Shown: positions 12,578 through 26,180, numbered from the stretch's first letter. The stretch is 64,000 nucleotides of DNA from Octopus sinensis (GCF_006345805.1 NC_042999.1:88102001-88166000), one strand, 5' to 3'. Made by a program: numbers and translations. The notes: generated by a model not told the origin, from the letters alone.

Positions 12578-13569
12578 TCAAGTATGGAATTCATAAATAT
12601 TTTAATGTATCGCTCCGCGCATTTTCATAAATCACATGTTTTCTGTGAGCATAATCCGCATTCAACAGATTATTACAATACAATTTATTATATTCAGGGA
12701 TATCAGGTGCGTCTTCGTTCCTGTACTCATTTCTTAAGGTGGTATAGCATTAAAGCTGGAAGTAACGAATGTTCAACTGAAGGATGTTAATAATTGCTGA
12801 TCCTATTGGATCCGCGCAACATCGAAAAACTTAATTGTACCACAAGAAGTAATTAACACGACCCTTTAAGAGAACAACACTTGTCTACTCGGACAACCCA
12901 AAATATCAGGCAACCTAATCACCAGCCTGATCTGTGGCAAGCAAAAACTTCGAACCGACAGCATCAAAACAAAATTTGCTCCCTTGCCTGCCACATCTAA
13001 ATTCCTTAAGAAATCACCTGCTGTACCTAAGGTACATTCCAGTCGAACGATTTCAATTTGATCATATCCAAAGAATATCCAGCGCTTCACACAGTTCTCT
13101 AAACAAGAAATTGTAAGATATGGATGTTGTCTTGCATTGAAGTTTCCGGAATCACAGACGAAACCAGTGACATTTTAAAAATTTAACGACAACGTCGTTA
13201 TTAAGGATTTGGCCAATGTCTTTAATTCTACATTTAATAGTTATGGGTGCAAATTATTGTCAATATTCCTTTCGTTCGCGTTCTTGATTGCCAGTATCCT
13301 CACACATTCGTGTTGTTACTGACATTGTTCTGTTTGCAGGTTTTTCACTATGACTACTTTTGCTATGCCAATATTAATGGTCTTGACGATCGGCGACCAA
13401 CTTTCGTAGCTTGATTTTGGTCGATTTTCTCCACTTGAAACGTACAACTTGTTTAATCTTCCGATACGCTATTAATTGATGAAGGTAAGTTGGACGTGAC
13501 TTGTTCATTTTATCATCGTTGGTGTAGAGACCTCTCCTCTACTTATCTCTCTTACAATTTATTTTATCA

Positions 13570-14130
13570 TGATTTTTGTATTAATCACAAATGTTCACGC
13601 CCCTGTTTTTTTTTGCCGTAGATATTGATATTGTCCCCACAATACTTCCACTGTCCCCTCAGCTCTATGGCTGTATCCTGACGGTTCTCAATTTTCTTGA
13701 TTTCTTTGTTATCGACCCTGTTATGACAGGGAATTGCAAAATCTGTGATCTTACACTATTTATTCTCTCCTCTATAAGCATATCTCGTCTTCTTGCTTAA
13801 ATGGTATGGTCAGTCTTTATAGCGGGGTCCCACAACGTCTCGTAATTCTCATTTTCTATCACAGCTTCTGGTTCGTGTTTATACAACTTTCCTGTTGTTT
13901 TGAAGTTAACAAACCAATGCACTCTTTTGCCTACGCAGTCATGTCTGCGCGTTACTCCTTTTTGCTTGTATACTGCACTCAGTCAAAAGGTGATTTGTAC
14001 TTTCATCTCTTTCCCTACAGATTCCACACTGGCTGTCGGGCTTCGTGGTAAAATAAGCAGCACCATAATGTTTTGTAGTTGCTGGCTTTGCGTTAGAGAA
14101 GGATCTTTTTATTTGTAATTTCAAATTGTC
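13570..14130 (-). mobile_element. Degenerate R4-type 3' fragment (CCHC plus RLE)
   Basis: Minus strand reads CGICRERDESTNHLLTEC, then LYKHEPEAVIENENYETLWD..IKTDHTI*ARRRD..ITDFAIP..KEIKKIE. Confidence 0.75.
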
Positions 14131-14541
14131 AGGTCACTTGAGAATCTTCAGTAATCTTTGTTGGTAGAATGTTAACATTGTAATGAAAAATGTAACCAAT
14201 GATGAATGTTACACAATGAACAAATTTCACATACATTCTAAAGAACAGGAAACAAGTATAAAATGAATGAAAATATAATATATCAACTTATATTAAGAAA
14301 TATATGAAGGACAGGTAAAGTAACCCAACTACAAAGGGGTGAGAACCCACCGACTACTTTGTAGCATAGCGTTCTATGTCATGTTCTTTCGCTTTGCCTT
14401 AAGAATGATTTCACTGATGAAGTTCGTGAGAATCTTTGGAATCAGACTGGGCCAGAAATTTCTGATATTCTGTAGGAATTGCAGTATTAATATATGCACT
14501 TCTCATGACTTTTTTTATTACCATGCTGACTTCCAAAAATA

Positions 14542-14625
14542 GAAGAAGAAGAAGAAGAAGAAGAAGGAGGAGGAGGAAGAGGAAGAGGAGGAGGAGAAGA
14601 AAAAGAGCAACTACAACAACAACAA
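14542..14625. repeat. (GAA)n/(GAG)n/(CAA)n purine-rich simple repeat
   Basis: Directly visible. Confidence 0.9.
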
Positions 14626-16440
14626 CGTGGCGAATGGAAAAGGAAGGGGGAGAAATGGAATGAGAAGTAAAAGAAGAGAAGAAGCAGAATGAGGAGAACA
14701 ACAAAATGAGTGTGAGGAGATGAGAAGTAAGAGAAAATAAAGAGGAGGGGGAAGAAGTAGAAGATAAAGAAGTATAAAAAGAGGGCGCCTAAAATTGTAC
14801 AGCACCATCCGATTGCCATGAAATAAATCCTCAAGCAGCAATTAAATGCCAACGAATCAAATCCCACCAAAACATTTCTAAAAAGGCTGAATAATTGTGT
14901 CAGTAACATACTGATTTACTTTGAACTTTATTGATCATTACCTTATATAATTAATGTATTAAAAAAATGTTCGTGCTGGTCGGCTTTGAGAAACTATGTG
15001 TAAACAAGCTAATGAAACGGTAGACTAATTCAGCCATCTTGTAAACAATTTAACGAAGCGTCAGACCGATTCAGTCCTCATTTTACACAAAGAAATGTCA
15101 AACAAATAAAACCGTATCCTTCAGCTCAAGGTTAAAAGCAGTATAGGCACTTTAAATGTGATGTATAAAATATATGAAATGGATATTGAGCCGCTCCGTA
15201 GCACCAGAAAAAATTAAACTGGTACTTGGTAAAGGGTGATTAATCTAAATAAAGCACCATACATAGTTCCATAAATAATTTTTTAAGTCTCTTCGATTAT
15301 AATCGGAAAGACCTAAGTAAAGAATATATTATATATCTATTCTACTTGTATGACAGCTCCGTCCTCGTCACTAAAACGCAACAACACCGATACATCCATA
15401 TTTCAATTTGGAGAGAAACTCACCCTGATGTAAACCTAAAGTGAGATCCCATTAAACTAAATTAAGAAATATATTCTATGGTTCGGCGTTATAAAAATCC
15501 GAAGCAAAACTTAGGATAGATTTAATACGCACAAAACATTAAATCAAACAAATTAAACAAACAAAAGAATAGATTGGTCAAAAATTTGGGAAAAGACATG
15601 AAATAAATATGAATGTTTAAATGAATGTACACGGTGCTTAAAAAAATATATAACAATAACAAAAACAAGAAAAATATTTAGAGTTAATATGCGTAGATGT
15701 GTTTGGGAGTTCATTAGCTAAGTTAAGTCAGAGCAACGTGTGTGGATCTGAACGACTCTGCACATCTTTATGGTTATATCCCAATTTTTAATGTTCGAGA
15801 AATCTGTCGTCTACACAAGGCTAGTGAGTTGTACCTAACCTTTATGGATATATCTCGTCGAGAATATATCTCTGAATATATGGGGACTTTTCGACCAGTA
15901 CTGAAGCAGTTATACTGTAAATAAGCCTATGTCCAATTTTGCCTACATGCACTAAATGATAATCACGATGGATCGAAGAATAAATGCACTGAGGGTATAA
16001 TATCTGGAAATACTTATGACCCGAAGACAAGAAAAGAAGCCAGTCCGTTTGCATTCCAATGTATGAACCGAGACATATATGTATGTCAAAATGGAGCAGC
16101 ATCAATACTGTGTTCTGAAAATATGTAGATAGTTCCCTAGATATATCAAGTATATATTAATACATAAACACACACACGCACACACACACATATATATATA
16201 TACAATTATACATAATATAATCCCTCTCCCTCTGTTTGTCTCTCTGTCTTTCCGTATGTATGTATATACATGTGTGAATGTATAAATATATACATAGATA
16301 CAAATACATACATGTACACACACGTATATACATACATACATATATATATATATATTATATATATATATATATATTATATATATATATATATATTATATAT
16401 ATATATATAATATATATATATATAATATATATATATATAT

Positions 16441-16700
16441 TAAGGTATGTAGAAAAATACAACATGGACAAGAACGTATAACTCATAGAAGACGATACAA
16501 TAAACATGGACAGGACATTCGAACCCCTCAGTCTTCAGTCAAGAACGGATCATCGTAGTAATTTCGGCTGATTAATCTTGAGATTACTAGATCACGGCCA
16601 GCCCTCCAAGAAAAACTAAGCTGGAAGCGTAGATTTCCTGGAAGAAGGATCGAATGCATACGAACACCAGGACAGCAAAAGGGACAGATATAAAAAAAAA

Positions 16701-16705
<5 letters not shown>
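16441..16705 (-). mobile_element. Short interspersed element between (TA)n and (GA)n tracts, probably a Penelope-like terminal-repeat fragment
   Basis: The pyrimidine-rich strand carries a hammerhead core and ends gtcc..gttgtattttt..(TA)n, like the PLE terminus at 34330-34650; family assignment is inference. Confidence 0.5.
16528..16589 (-). ncRNA. Hammerhead ribozyme candidate, non-circularly permuted
   Basis: Minus strand TAGTAATC-TCAAGA-TTAA-TCAGCC-GAAA-TTACTA-CGATGATCCGT-TCTTGA-CTGAAGA-CTGA; stem III 7 bp, stem I 6 bp, CUGANGA, GAAA and AUC triplet all in register; stem II irregular. Confidence 0.6.
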
Positions 16706-16736
<31 letters not shown>

Positions 16737-17319
16737 TAGTGCTGACTGCCGGGGAAAGTGATTACTCAGTACCATAAAAGAAATTGATATATTTTATTTT
16801 GGTCAAGTCAGTCTCTTGTTGCTACTCTGTGTTATGTCTGCGGGCGCACAGGGTTTTTAGAGAAGCCATAACTTGACTAAAGTTGAATTGATTGTAGAAA
16901 TAACAATTGGTGTAGAAGTTCTAAAAATGAAAGATTACTCAGATGTGGAACACGCCAAAATAATAACAAAATAATTTACATATCAATTTGACATATAAAA
17001 GATGCTAACCATTCTTAGGCTTAAGGGAGAATAAGAATGTAAAAACCAAAGTCTCCCGATTCATATAATTTTTCTTAATTTCTACAGCTGCAGTGGAATT
17101 GCGGTTATATTTCTGCAATTTTTGGCAAATCATTGCAGACAATACTATTGAGAAATAAGCGAAAGTGAGCGTAAGAGTTTTTTCTGCGTATTTAGAAGGT
17201 TACGATGATTCTCTGCTGTGTAATTGGTTCAGTTTCAACAGACAATCTCAGATCAAATCACTTGCCAACCTAAAGTGTTTCTCCAGAATGTAGAATACAT
17301 ACTCATATGCACACACATA

Positions 17320-17375
<56 letters not shown>

Positions 17376-18301
17376 TATATAAGCAGATATTTTTGTAAAT
17401 ACATGCATATATATATATATATATATATATACACGCATACAAATACATAATACATGTACACACGCATACATACGTGCATACGCACACACACATATATATG
17501 CATTCTTACATGGATATATGAGAGTGTGTATTTAAACATTGTAGTAAATGATGCTTTACAAGTGTATTTTTTATTCGTCTTCATTTCCTGTTCATCTCGT
17601 TCATCTTGAATGAAGAAAATGCTACTACTAAAATACAAACATATCTTTATACGAAAGAAACATAATAGTGTGTACTGATATAACCCTGACCTTAGTATCT
17701 TTATCTCCACCAATCACTAGGAATACAATATATGTACACACAGACGACGGAAATAATGCATTACTACTCTTATACCAAAAATAGAACAAATGGCCTCTAT
17801 TTCACAAGAGATTAATTGTAAAAAATTTGTCGCAGACAATGGCACATCTGCTGGTTCTCAGATAACAAAGTTGATTTGATGCTAAAAAAGAAACACAATA
17901 GTTGGTCGTCACCAGCGTTATCAATCAGCAATAACAAGATATTAGAGATTAGATATATAATGCTTCTAATCATACTTTTTACTTTCCTTTCAAAGTTGTC
18001 GCGTAAGCCATCGTACTTGATACCATAACATAAATCAATGGAGTGTTTCCCCACAGATGATGTGAAGGTTAGTAGGAAGAAAATGGCTGTAAATAACTTG
18101 AGGAGTATTAGTTTGTTATGGAGAAATTGCTTCGAAACAATAATTTATCGAAGATATAGAATAACAGCAACGAATGGAGTTCACAGTAGATAAACATACT
18201 CTGGAGCACACATATGCAAAACATAGATTGTTTGGAATTTTCTTAATCACGAATTTTCTTTATCATGAATTTTCTTTAATATGTAATCTTGCTAAATAAT
18301 A

Positions 18302-18510
18302 TTGGTTTCAAATTTTGGTATAAGACCAGCAATTTCGTGGGGAGCAGTTGGTCGATTACACAGACCCCAGTACTCAACTGGTACTTGTTTTAACAACCTC
18401 GAAAGGACGAACGGCAACATCATCTACGGCGGAATCTGAACTCAGGAAGTAAAGAAGGGCGAAATTCCGCCAAACATTTTGCCTGGCGTGTAAAGATTCT
18501 GTCACCTGCC
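18302..18510 (-). mobile_element. SINE family B, diverged
   Basis: Reverse complement of the family B head and body (gtcgattac..accccagt..ctggtact..gaaaggacgaacggc..ggcggaatctgaactcag). Confidence 0.75.
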
Positions 18511-18811
18511 AAATAATATTACCAGTTCAATCTCCTTCTAGGACATAAAACATGAAGATTTAAAGATAATCTAAACAGCGATGTAATGACAGAATTCGTA
18601 GAGTGACAAACAAAATATCTAGTAGTATTTCGTTTCGTTTACTTGCATTCTAAGGTCTTATTCCACCAATTTCGAATTCACTTTTCATCACTAAAGTGAG
18701 TGAAATAAGTACCAATGAAGTAAATGGACTGTTACAAATACATGGTCTCCTCTCCTAAACTGTAAAGCTTTGTGTCTCAGATAGAAGTCATGAAATAGGT
18801 AAGTTATATCT

Positions 18812-19032
18812 TGACTTCAACTTTTGGCACAAGACTAACATTTTGGGGGCAGGGGCTAAATCGATTACATTAACCCCAGTGTTCAACAGATACTTATTTA
18901 ATCGACTCGGAAAGGTTGAAAAGCAAACTTCAAAGTCGACCTCAGCAGAATTTGAACTCAGAACGTAAAGACGGACGAAAAGCAGCTGAGCATTTTGCCC
19001 GGCCTGCTAACGATTCTGCCAGCTTGCCGTCT
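18812..19032 (-). mobile_element. SINE family B
   Basis: Reverse complement of family B, including the head ..gctaacgattctgccagcttgccgtct. Confidence 0.82.
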
Positions 19033-19047
19033 AAAAGGCAAATCATA

Positions 19048-19263
19048 TATTTATTTCTTTATTGCCCACGGGGGGATAAACACAGAGGGGACAAACAAGA
19101 ACAGGCAAAGGGATAAAGTTGATTATGTCGACCCCACTGTGAAACTGGTACTTATTTAATCGACCCCGGAAAGATGAAAGGCAAAGTCAACCTCGGTGGA
19201 ATTTGAACTCAGAATGCTAAGTATTTCGCCCAGCGTGCTAACGACTCTGCCAGCTCGCCGCCT
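19048..19263 (-). mobile_element. SINE family B, gtccc..ctgtgttt..gtggg tail subtype
   Basis: Reverse complement of the 21608 copy with a small deletion after the B box. Confidence 0.85.
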
Positions 19264-19371
19264 AAAAAGGTAAACTATATATTAACGTCTATTTGAATTT
19301 GATACTAAACTGTGGGAAATAAATACTTCAGCTACTGGCACAAAACTGTCATGCGCAATAACAGTAGTAAC

Positions 19372-19592
19372 ACGACGAGCTGGCAGAATCATTATCACGT
19401 TGAACAAAATGCTTAACGTCATTATTCCGAATCTTTACCCTCTGAGTTCAAATCTCGCAGAGATCAACTGATATTTCCTCTATTCGAGGTCAACTTTGCT
19501 TTTCTCCACTCGAAGTCGATAAAATAAAGCACCAGTCAAGAACTGGGGTCGATGCGATTGAATTGTCTCATTCCCTCAAAATTCCTGGTTTT
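19372..19592 (+). mobile_element. SINE family B, diverged
   Basis: gacgagctggcagaatc..ctgagttcaaat..gaggtcaactttgc..gtcgataaaataaagcaccag..ctggggtcgat. Confidence 0.75.
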
Positions 19593-20479
19593 GAACTCTG
19601 TAACGGACCGGCGTCCCATTCAGCAGAGTGTTGCGACCTCCGTCATTGATACTCCATGGAATCTGGATAACCGACTTTATTAGTACCAAGGCTCAAGAAA
19701 ATATTTGATAAAATAGCTGTAGAGACGATAGGAATGGTGGCGCAGAATAAATACGTTGTAGTTTTTAGTTTCATCCCTGTAAATTCCTAGTTCAAGGTTG
19801 GTCGCTTTTACACTCCTTCCCCACACAGTCATTAAATTAACTATCACTAATACTCTAAATCTACTTGAATGAGTTAATAGGCTATATATACTCTTCGTTA
19901 TGAATTCTATTCTGTTTCTTAATCAATAAATTTTCTGATTTAAGCTGATTCCGTATGCGAGAAATTTAGCATTCTAGCAATCAATCCTGTATTCCAAATA
20001 AGAGTGAAAATAAGGTCACGTATTCAATGCGAAGAAGAGTGGCTAAAACCCACGATAAAAACAGCATAAATTCCTGCAATATTTCAATGTTAATAAACTA
20101 ATTATGAAATGAAATTATAAAATTTGTAAACGAATGATTAAATTTTAAAGCAAAAATATATTTTAAATAAAAATTAAAAGCGTTTCATTTAATGATTAGG
20201 CACTATTAAAACCGAATAAATGCATTCATTTATCACGTAGCTTTTTTTTAGTATTTTTAATGTATTGCATTATTTTTGTTTCGGACAAGTACGATAAATA
20301 TATTGAATATATTATTTGGGATTTAAATATCTGATATTGGATACCTTAAATTTGCATATCTCGGCTAGCATCTGAGAATCATTTCCTCCCAAACAAATCT
20401 TATTAAATTATCTCGAGAACTTATCTCCTTATTTCTCTTTTTGTCTTAGCGAAATTGAGCCAAAAACCTCCATTGTTCA

Positions 20480-20534
20480 TTCTTCTTCTTCTTCTACTAC
20501 TATACTACTACTACTAATTCTTCTTCTTCTTCAT

Positions 20535-20591
<57 letters not shown>

Positions 20592-20646
20592 ATTCTTCTT
20601 CTTCTTCTTCTTCTTCTTCTTCTTCTCTTCCTCCTCTTCTCCTCCT
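20480..20646. repeat. Compound (TTC)n/(TAC)n microsatellite
   Basis: Directly visible, just upstream of the SINE B array. Confidence 0.92.
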
Positions 20647-21407
20647 GCGGCGAGCTAGCAGAATTGTTAGCACGTCGAGCGAAATGCTTAGCGGTATTTC
20701 GGCTGCCGTTACGTTGTGAGTTCAAATTCCGCCGAGGTCGACTTTGCCTGTCATCCTTTCGGGGTCGATAAATTAAGTACCAGTTAAGCACTGGGGTTGA
20801 TATAATCGACTTAATACCTATGTCTGTCCATGTTTGTCTCCTCTATGTTTAGCCCCTTGTGGGTAATAAAGAAATAGGTATTTCGTCCGCCGCTGCGTTC
20901 TGAGTTCAAATTCCGCCGAGGTCGACTTAGCCTTTCATCCTTTCGGGGTCGATTAAATAGGTACCAGTTACGCACTGGGGTCGATATAATCCGTTTGTCT
21001 GTCCTTGTTTGTCCTCTCTATGTTTAGCCCCTTGTGGGTAGTAAAGAAATAGGTAAAATAGCGGCATTTTGTCTGTCTTTACGTTCTGATTTCAAATTCT
21101 GCCGAGGTCGACTTTGCCTTTCATCCTTTCGGGGTCGATTAAATAAGTACCAGTTACACAATGAGGTCGATGTAATCGACTAGTTCCCTCCCGCCAAATT
21201 TCAGGCCTTGTGCCAATAATAATTGAAAGGCTTATTCTTAGCCGTATTTCGCCCGTCGCTACGTTCTTAGTTCAAATTCCACCGAGTTTGACTTCGCCTT
21301 TCATTCTTTCAGGATCGATTAAATAAGTACCAGTTGAACACAGGGGTCGATGTAATCGACTCATTCCCCTACCCCCATCCGAAGATGCCCTTGTAGCAAA
21401 ATTTTAA

Positions 21408-21408
<1 letters not shown>
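20647..21408 (+). mobile_element. Head-to-tail array of four SINE B units, one with head and three headless
   Basis: Units at about 20647-20877, 20878-21052, 21053-21234 and 21235-21408; units 2-4 restart at or near (gcg)gtatttcg. Confidence 0.9.
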
Positions 21409-21967
<559 letters not shown>

Positions 21968-22629
21968 TAGTAGTAATTTTATCATTCTTTTTACTGTCAG
22001 CAACACGTTCACTTCGCGTTACTCGTCAGTTCTGTTATAGTTTAACCATCTTTCAAAGAGTTTGTCTTTTTTTGTTTTTTTTCCTGCACTGTATATCACA
22101 TAAAGGCGTTAGGATTGAGTAGCTCTGTTGTCATTTTCACACGTCGGAGCGGAATTTGCGATATATTTTGTAACAATTACCAAAAAAAAAAAAGCAAACT
22201 AAAACAAAACACAAACAAAGAAATGTAAGTTCAGAGATTAGAAAACCTGTTTTAACTTTGATTTTCATACTTAAAACGAAACACCACCTTCATCATCACC
22301 ACTACCCAAACAAATGTTAACCGAAACAACAACCACAACAAAACAACAGCATCGACAGATATAATGAAGATAGCGACAACAACAATGACAAAGAAATAAA
22401 AACACAACAGCTATATCAGAAATGAAGGCGTTGATATTCCGTCGTTCTGTAAGGTTTCTCGCGGAAGTTTCCTACTTTAGGGGAATTATAAATTGTTTAG
22501 AATTTAGTTTTTTTGTTGCTGCTAACCTTCTTTATACACGCTCGTTTATGATACTCCTCAATGTATCGTCATTAACTGTTCCAAATCTTTTTGGGAAACT
22601 ATGATGGTTAACAAAGAAAATTAATATTT

Positions 22630-22810
22630 GACTTGGCAGGATCTTTACCGCACCGGTCAAAATGTTTAGCAGCTTTTCTTCAGGATCTTTACATTGTGGG
22701 ATCATATTGCATCAAGGCCAGCTTTGCGTTTGATCCTTTCGGGGTCGACAGAATAAAGTATCCCTCAAGTAGTGGGGTCTAAGTAATCGACTAATCCATT
22801 CCCAACTATT
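22630..22810 (+). mobile_element. SINE family B, highly diverged
   Basis: ttggcaggatc..aaaatgtttagc..agctttgcgtttgatcctttcggggtcgac..gtggggtc..taatcgacta. Confidence 0.6.
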
Positions 22811-22837
22811 GAGCTTGGATCAAAATTTGTAACAATT

Positions 22838-23010
22838 CTTCCTCTTCTTCTTCTTCTTCTTCTTCTTCTTCTTCTTCTTCTTCTTCTTCTTCTTCTTCTT
22901 CTTCTTCTTTTCTTCTTCTTCTTCTTCTACTTCTTCTTCTTCTTCTCTTCTTCTTCTTTTTCTTTTTCCTCTTCTTCTTCTTCTTCTTCTTCTTCTTCTT
23001 CTTCTTCTAT
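22838..23010. repeat. (TTC)n, forming a (GAA)n tail on the minus-strand R4 fragment
   Basis: Directly visible; abuts the fragment's 3' UTR. Confidence 0.93.
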
Positions 23011-23405
23011 TCATATACGCTCAACAGATTAGACTGCTGGAAAAGAAGCGAATCATAATATCCGGCTACAACAAGTGAACTTAGATGCCAAGAACCCTCC
23101 TTTTGGGTTACAGCAAGTAACATTAGGTGTCAAGAACCCTTCTAAGTATCCCAGCACATTGTTTTATGCAGCTTTACTAAACTGGATTTTATGCCTATTT
23201 CCTCCATCCATCTGTTCAGATCTTTAGGGTAGTTACCAATGCACCTATACCTACTGGGATACATTTTACCCGCACTTTCCATAGTCTCTGTAATTCAATA
23301 GTTAGTTCCTGGTACTTTGCTTTTTTTTTTCTATACTTCTCATATTAATTTTTTAATCATTTGAGATTGTAAAGTCAATTACCTGGCTGTCTCTACTCTC
23401 TTTAT

Positions 23406-23450
<45 letters not shown>

Positions 23451-23735
23451 TACTACTACTACTACTACTACTACTACCAAATCAGGCCTTTTAGCACCTT
23501 GTTCACCACCACTAGGTTCAGTCTGTTATGCTCGTGCACCTGATCTGGATTGGGAAATCCCAGAAGATTTTGCTAGTCCCCGACTTCACCACTCTCTGCG
23601 GTTTGTGCTCATACCACATCTTGCTTCTCTCTAGCCCCGATTTTTCGCAACATTTCCAATGTAGCACTTTCGCTGCCTGGCCGCGTCGTCACAACTTGAA
23701 ATGGTTTTAGGCAAGTCTACGGCATTCGTTCGTGA

Positions 23736-23736
<1 letters not shown>
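23011..23736 (-). mobile_element. 5'-truncated composite R4-type fragment
   Basis: 23011 to about 23495 aligns to the reverse complement of the element 2 3' end (about 50225-50650); 23495-23736 is a different R4 family (KVLHWKCCEK..WYEHKPQRVV..WDFPIQ..HNR.NLVVVNKV); (TAA)n at the 5' junction. Confidence 0.85.
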
Positions 23737-23793
<57 letters not shown>

Positions 23794-24049
23794 GAATGAG
23801 AGAGCAGCGAATGTCATTAAAATGACACTGGTGTAGAAATATATGAAGACCGATATACACATTATCAGTACTTGTCTGGTAAGATTACTCCAGGCACATG
23901 CATCACAACTATACGTGCACGAGACGGTGCTCTCACATGAAACAGCGCATGACCTGTACTTCATTTCAAGAGGCGGTAGATTAGTTGAATCGTTCAAAGT
24001 CAAACAAAATGCAGTATTTGTTCTGGGGCCTTATGTTGTATATTGCATA

Positions 24050-24265
24050 CGAGGCGGTGTTAAAAGTTCCTGGCCTCAGGGGTGTCGTGAAAGGTCTGAT
24101 TGGGGGCCCAATCCTTCAAGTACTTTTCCAGGATTTAGAAAAATTGAAGGACCACTGCAATAAATGTGTGAATCTGAGAGGGGAATATATTAATTAAAAT
24201 CATAATTAACTGATTATCCTGTATTTTCCTTTAACCAAAGCTAGGAACTTTCCAGCACACCCACG
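24050..24265 (+). mobile_element. Internally deleted mariner (MITE-like)
   Basis: Imperfect TIRs CGAGGCGGTGTTAAAAGTTCCTGGC and, on the reverse strand, CGTGGGTGTGCTGGAAAGTTCCTAGC; TA on both flanks (24048-49, 24266-67); internal LEKLKDHCNKCVNLRGEYIN* matches a mariner transposase C-terminus. Confidence 0.85.
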
Positions 24266-24664
24266 TAGAGGTTAAGTTCACCTCTTGCCCTTTCCCGGTT
24301 GACAATAAAATACCTGCCAAATTCAGATTTGATTAAATCGACTGTTACGTTCCTGCAATTTTCATACACTATCCCTGAATGACGACTTCTTTTCATACAC
24401 TCTACACAGATTCTTTATATATTCATGCATAATATTCTTTACATATTAACCGTACCATTTGCAATGCTGTCTTGAAATTTTGTAAAATAAATGGGAGAGT
24501 GTAATTTAATCTTCAATTTCTGCTTGAATAAATTCGAAAGTTTTCGCAGGAAAAAACCTGCACAAGAAAAATAGCATAATTCTATTTAAACGAATGATTC
24601 AAACACCCATACGCCACCCATATGGTGTTGAGTACTCTATAATTTTTGCAATTCGTTACTAGCG

Positions 24665-24699
<35 letters not shown>

Positions 24700-24722
24700 A
24701 CATATATATATAAATAGATACA

Positions 24723-24765
<43 letters not shown>

Positions 24766-24775
24766 TATACAATGC

Positions 24776-24838
<63 letters not shown>

Positions 24839-25849
24839 TTTATATTTGCGTGTGTGTATTTATATAAGTATATGTGCATGTGAGTGTGTATGAGTGTATA
24901 ACATGTAATGAAGGCTGTCACCAAATTTTCGTATATGAAACCTCAGAACACAGTTTTATTACTTCCATATTATCAGTGTTAATTTCTTTACTAGAAACAG
25001 AATTGCTGCAAGATCTTTAAAGATTAATATTTAGATATTGTTTATCATATTTATCATTAGATCTTACATTGTGTGATATTCTTTTGTTTTGTATTCATAC
25101 TTTATTTCAATAATTCTCCACGCGTATATTTTCCTGATCTTTATATTTTCCAGGTTTGTGTTTATCAAATCTTACATAATCCAATATCTAGTATCTGATA
25201 ATATATTCTTATCTAAACACAGCAGTTGCTTATTCACTTTATTAAATGATGAACTGAGAATAAAACATTTAAAATATACGTTTCAATGGAAAAAAAATCA
25301 AAAAATATGCAGTAAGTTAAACGGAAGTAAATGTTGCTTTCCATGCCCTTTGGGAGCTGTAAAATATTTTCATAAAAAGTATTTAATGTTATTATTTCTG
25401 CGCTAATAAATCGAATAAATTCAACAGGGTTTAGGTTGCGCGTGTGTCAGGGAATGGCCTGCAGAAAACAGCAGTTATGTTTGTGAGTTTTCTTGATTTT
25501 ATGTTTGACAAATCTGTTCTATCAATTCTGGATAGTGCCAACAATAAATATATGCTGGAAAGCGAAAAGCGAATAGAGTGAGGGATAACACCATCGATAT
25601 GGCGTAGATTGAAAAAAGTTAATAAACAATAGCAATTGACTGCTTGAGTATAATTGTATTTGGGTGTAGAACAGTATATACTAAAATAAATTAGAATAAA
25701 CTTGGAATACACGGTGAATGGTGATATGTTAAATACAAGGTGTTATAGAGGAGTGGATGTTGATTGATGGTTAATTTCCTGGTTGCAAAGACAAACGGCT
25801 TAATCAGTTCACAGCATGCAAAGCAAATGTATCAAGGATATACCGTTAC

Positions 25850-25900
25850 CGTTCACACATACATACACATATGTATATATATATATATATAATATATATA

Positions 25901-25963
<63 letters not shown>

Positions 25964-25999
25964 GTATATATATATATATATAATATATATATATGTATG

Positions 26000-26032
<33 letters not shown>

Positions 26033-26033
26033 G

Positions 26034-26103
<70 letters not shown>

Positions 26104-26180
26104 AGTACATTTATGTGTATGTTTATATACACATCTATCTATCAATCTATCATATGTATATATATATATATATATATAAA
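25850..26180. repeat. Long (TA)n/(TG)n microsatellite
   Basis: Directly visible. Confidence 0.95.

Noticed and set aside
12780-13140. Possible LINE or PLE remnant
   Set aside because: No diagnostic motif could be recovered in any frame.
15720-16110. Overlapping short ORFs in moderately GC-richer sequence
   Set aside because: No recognisable domain and no consistent splice pair.
25431-25712. 93-aa minus ORF with a strong internal acceptor
   Set aside because: No donor or homology; all frames close soon after the acceptor.
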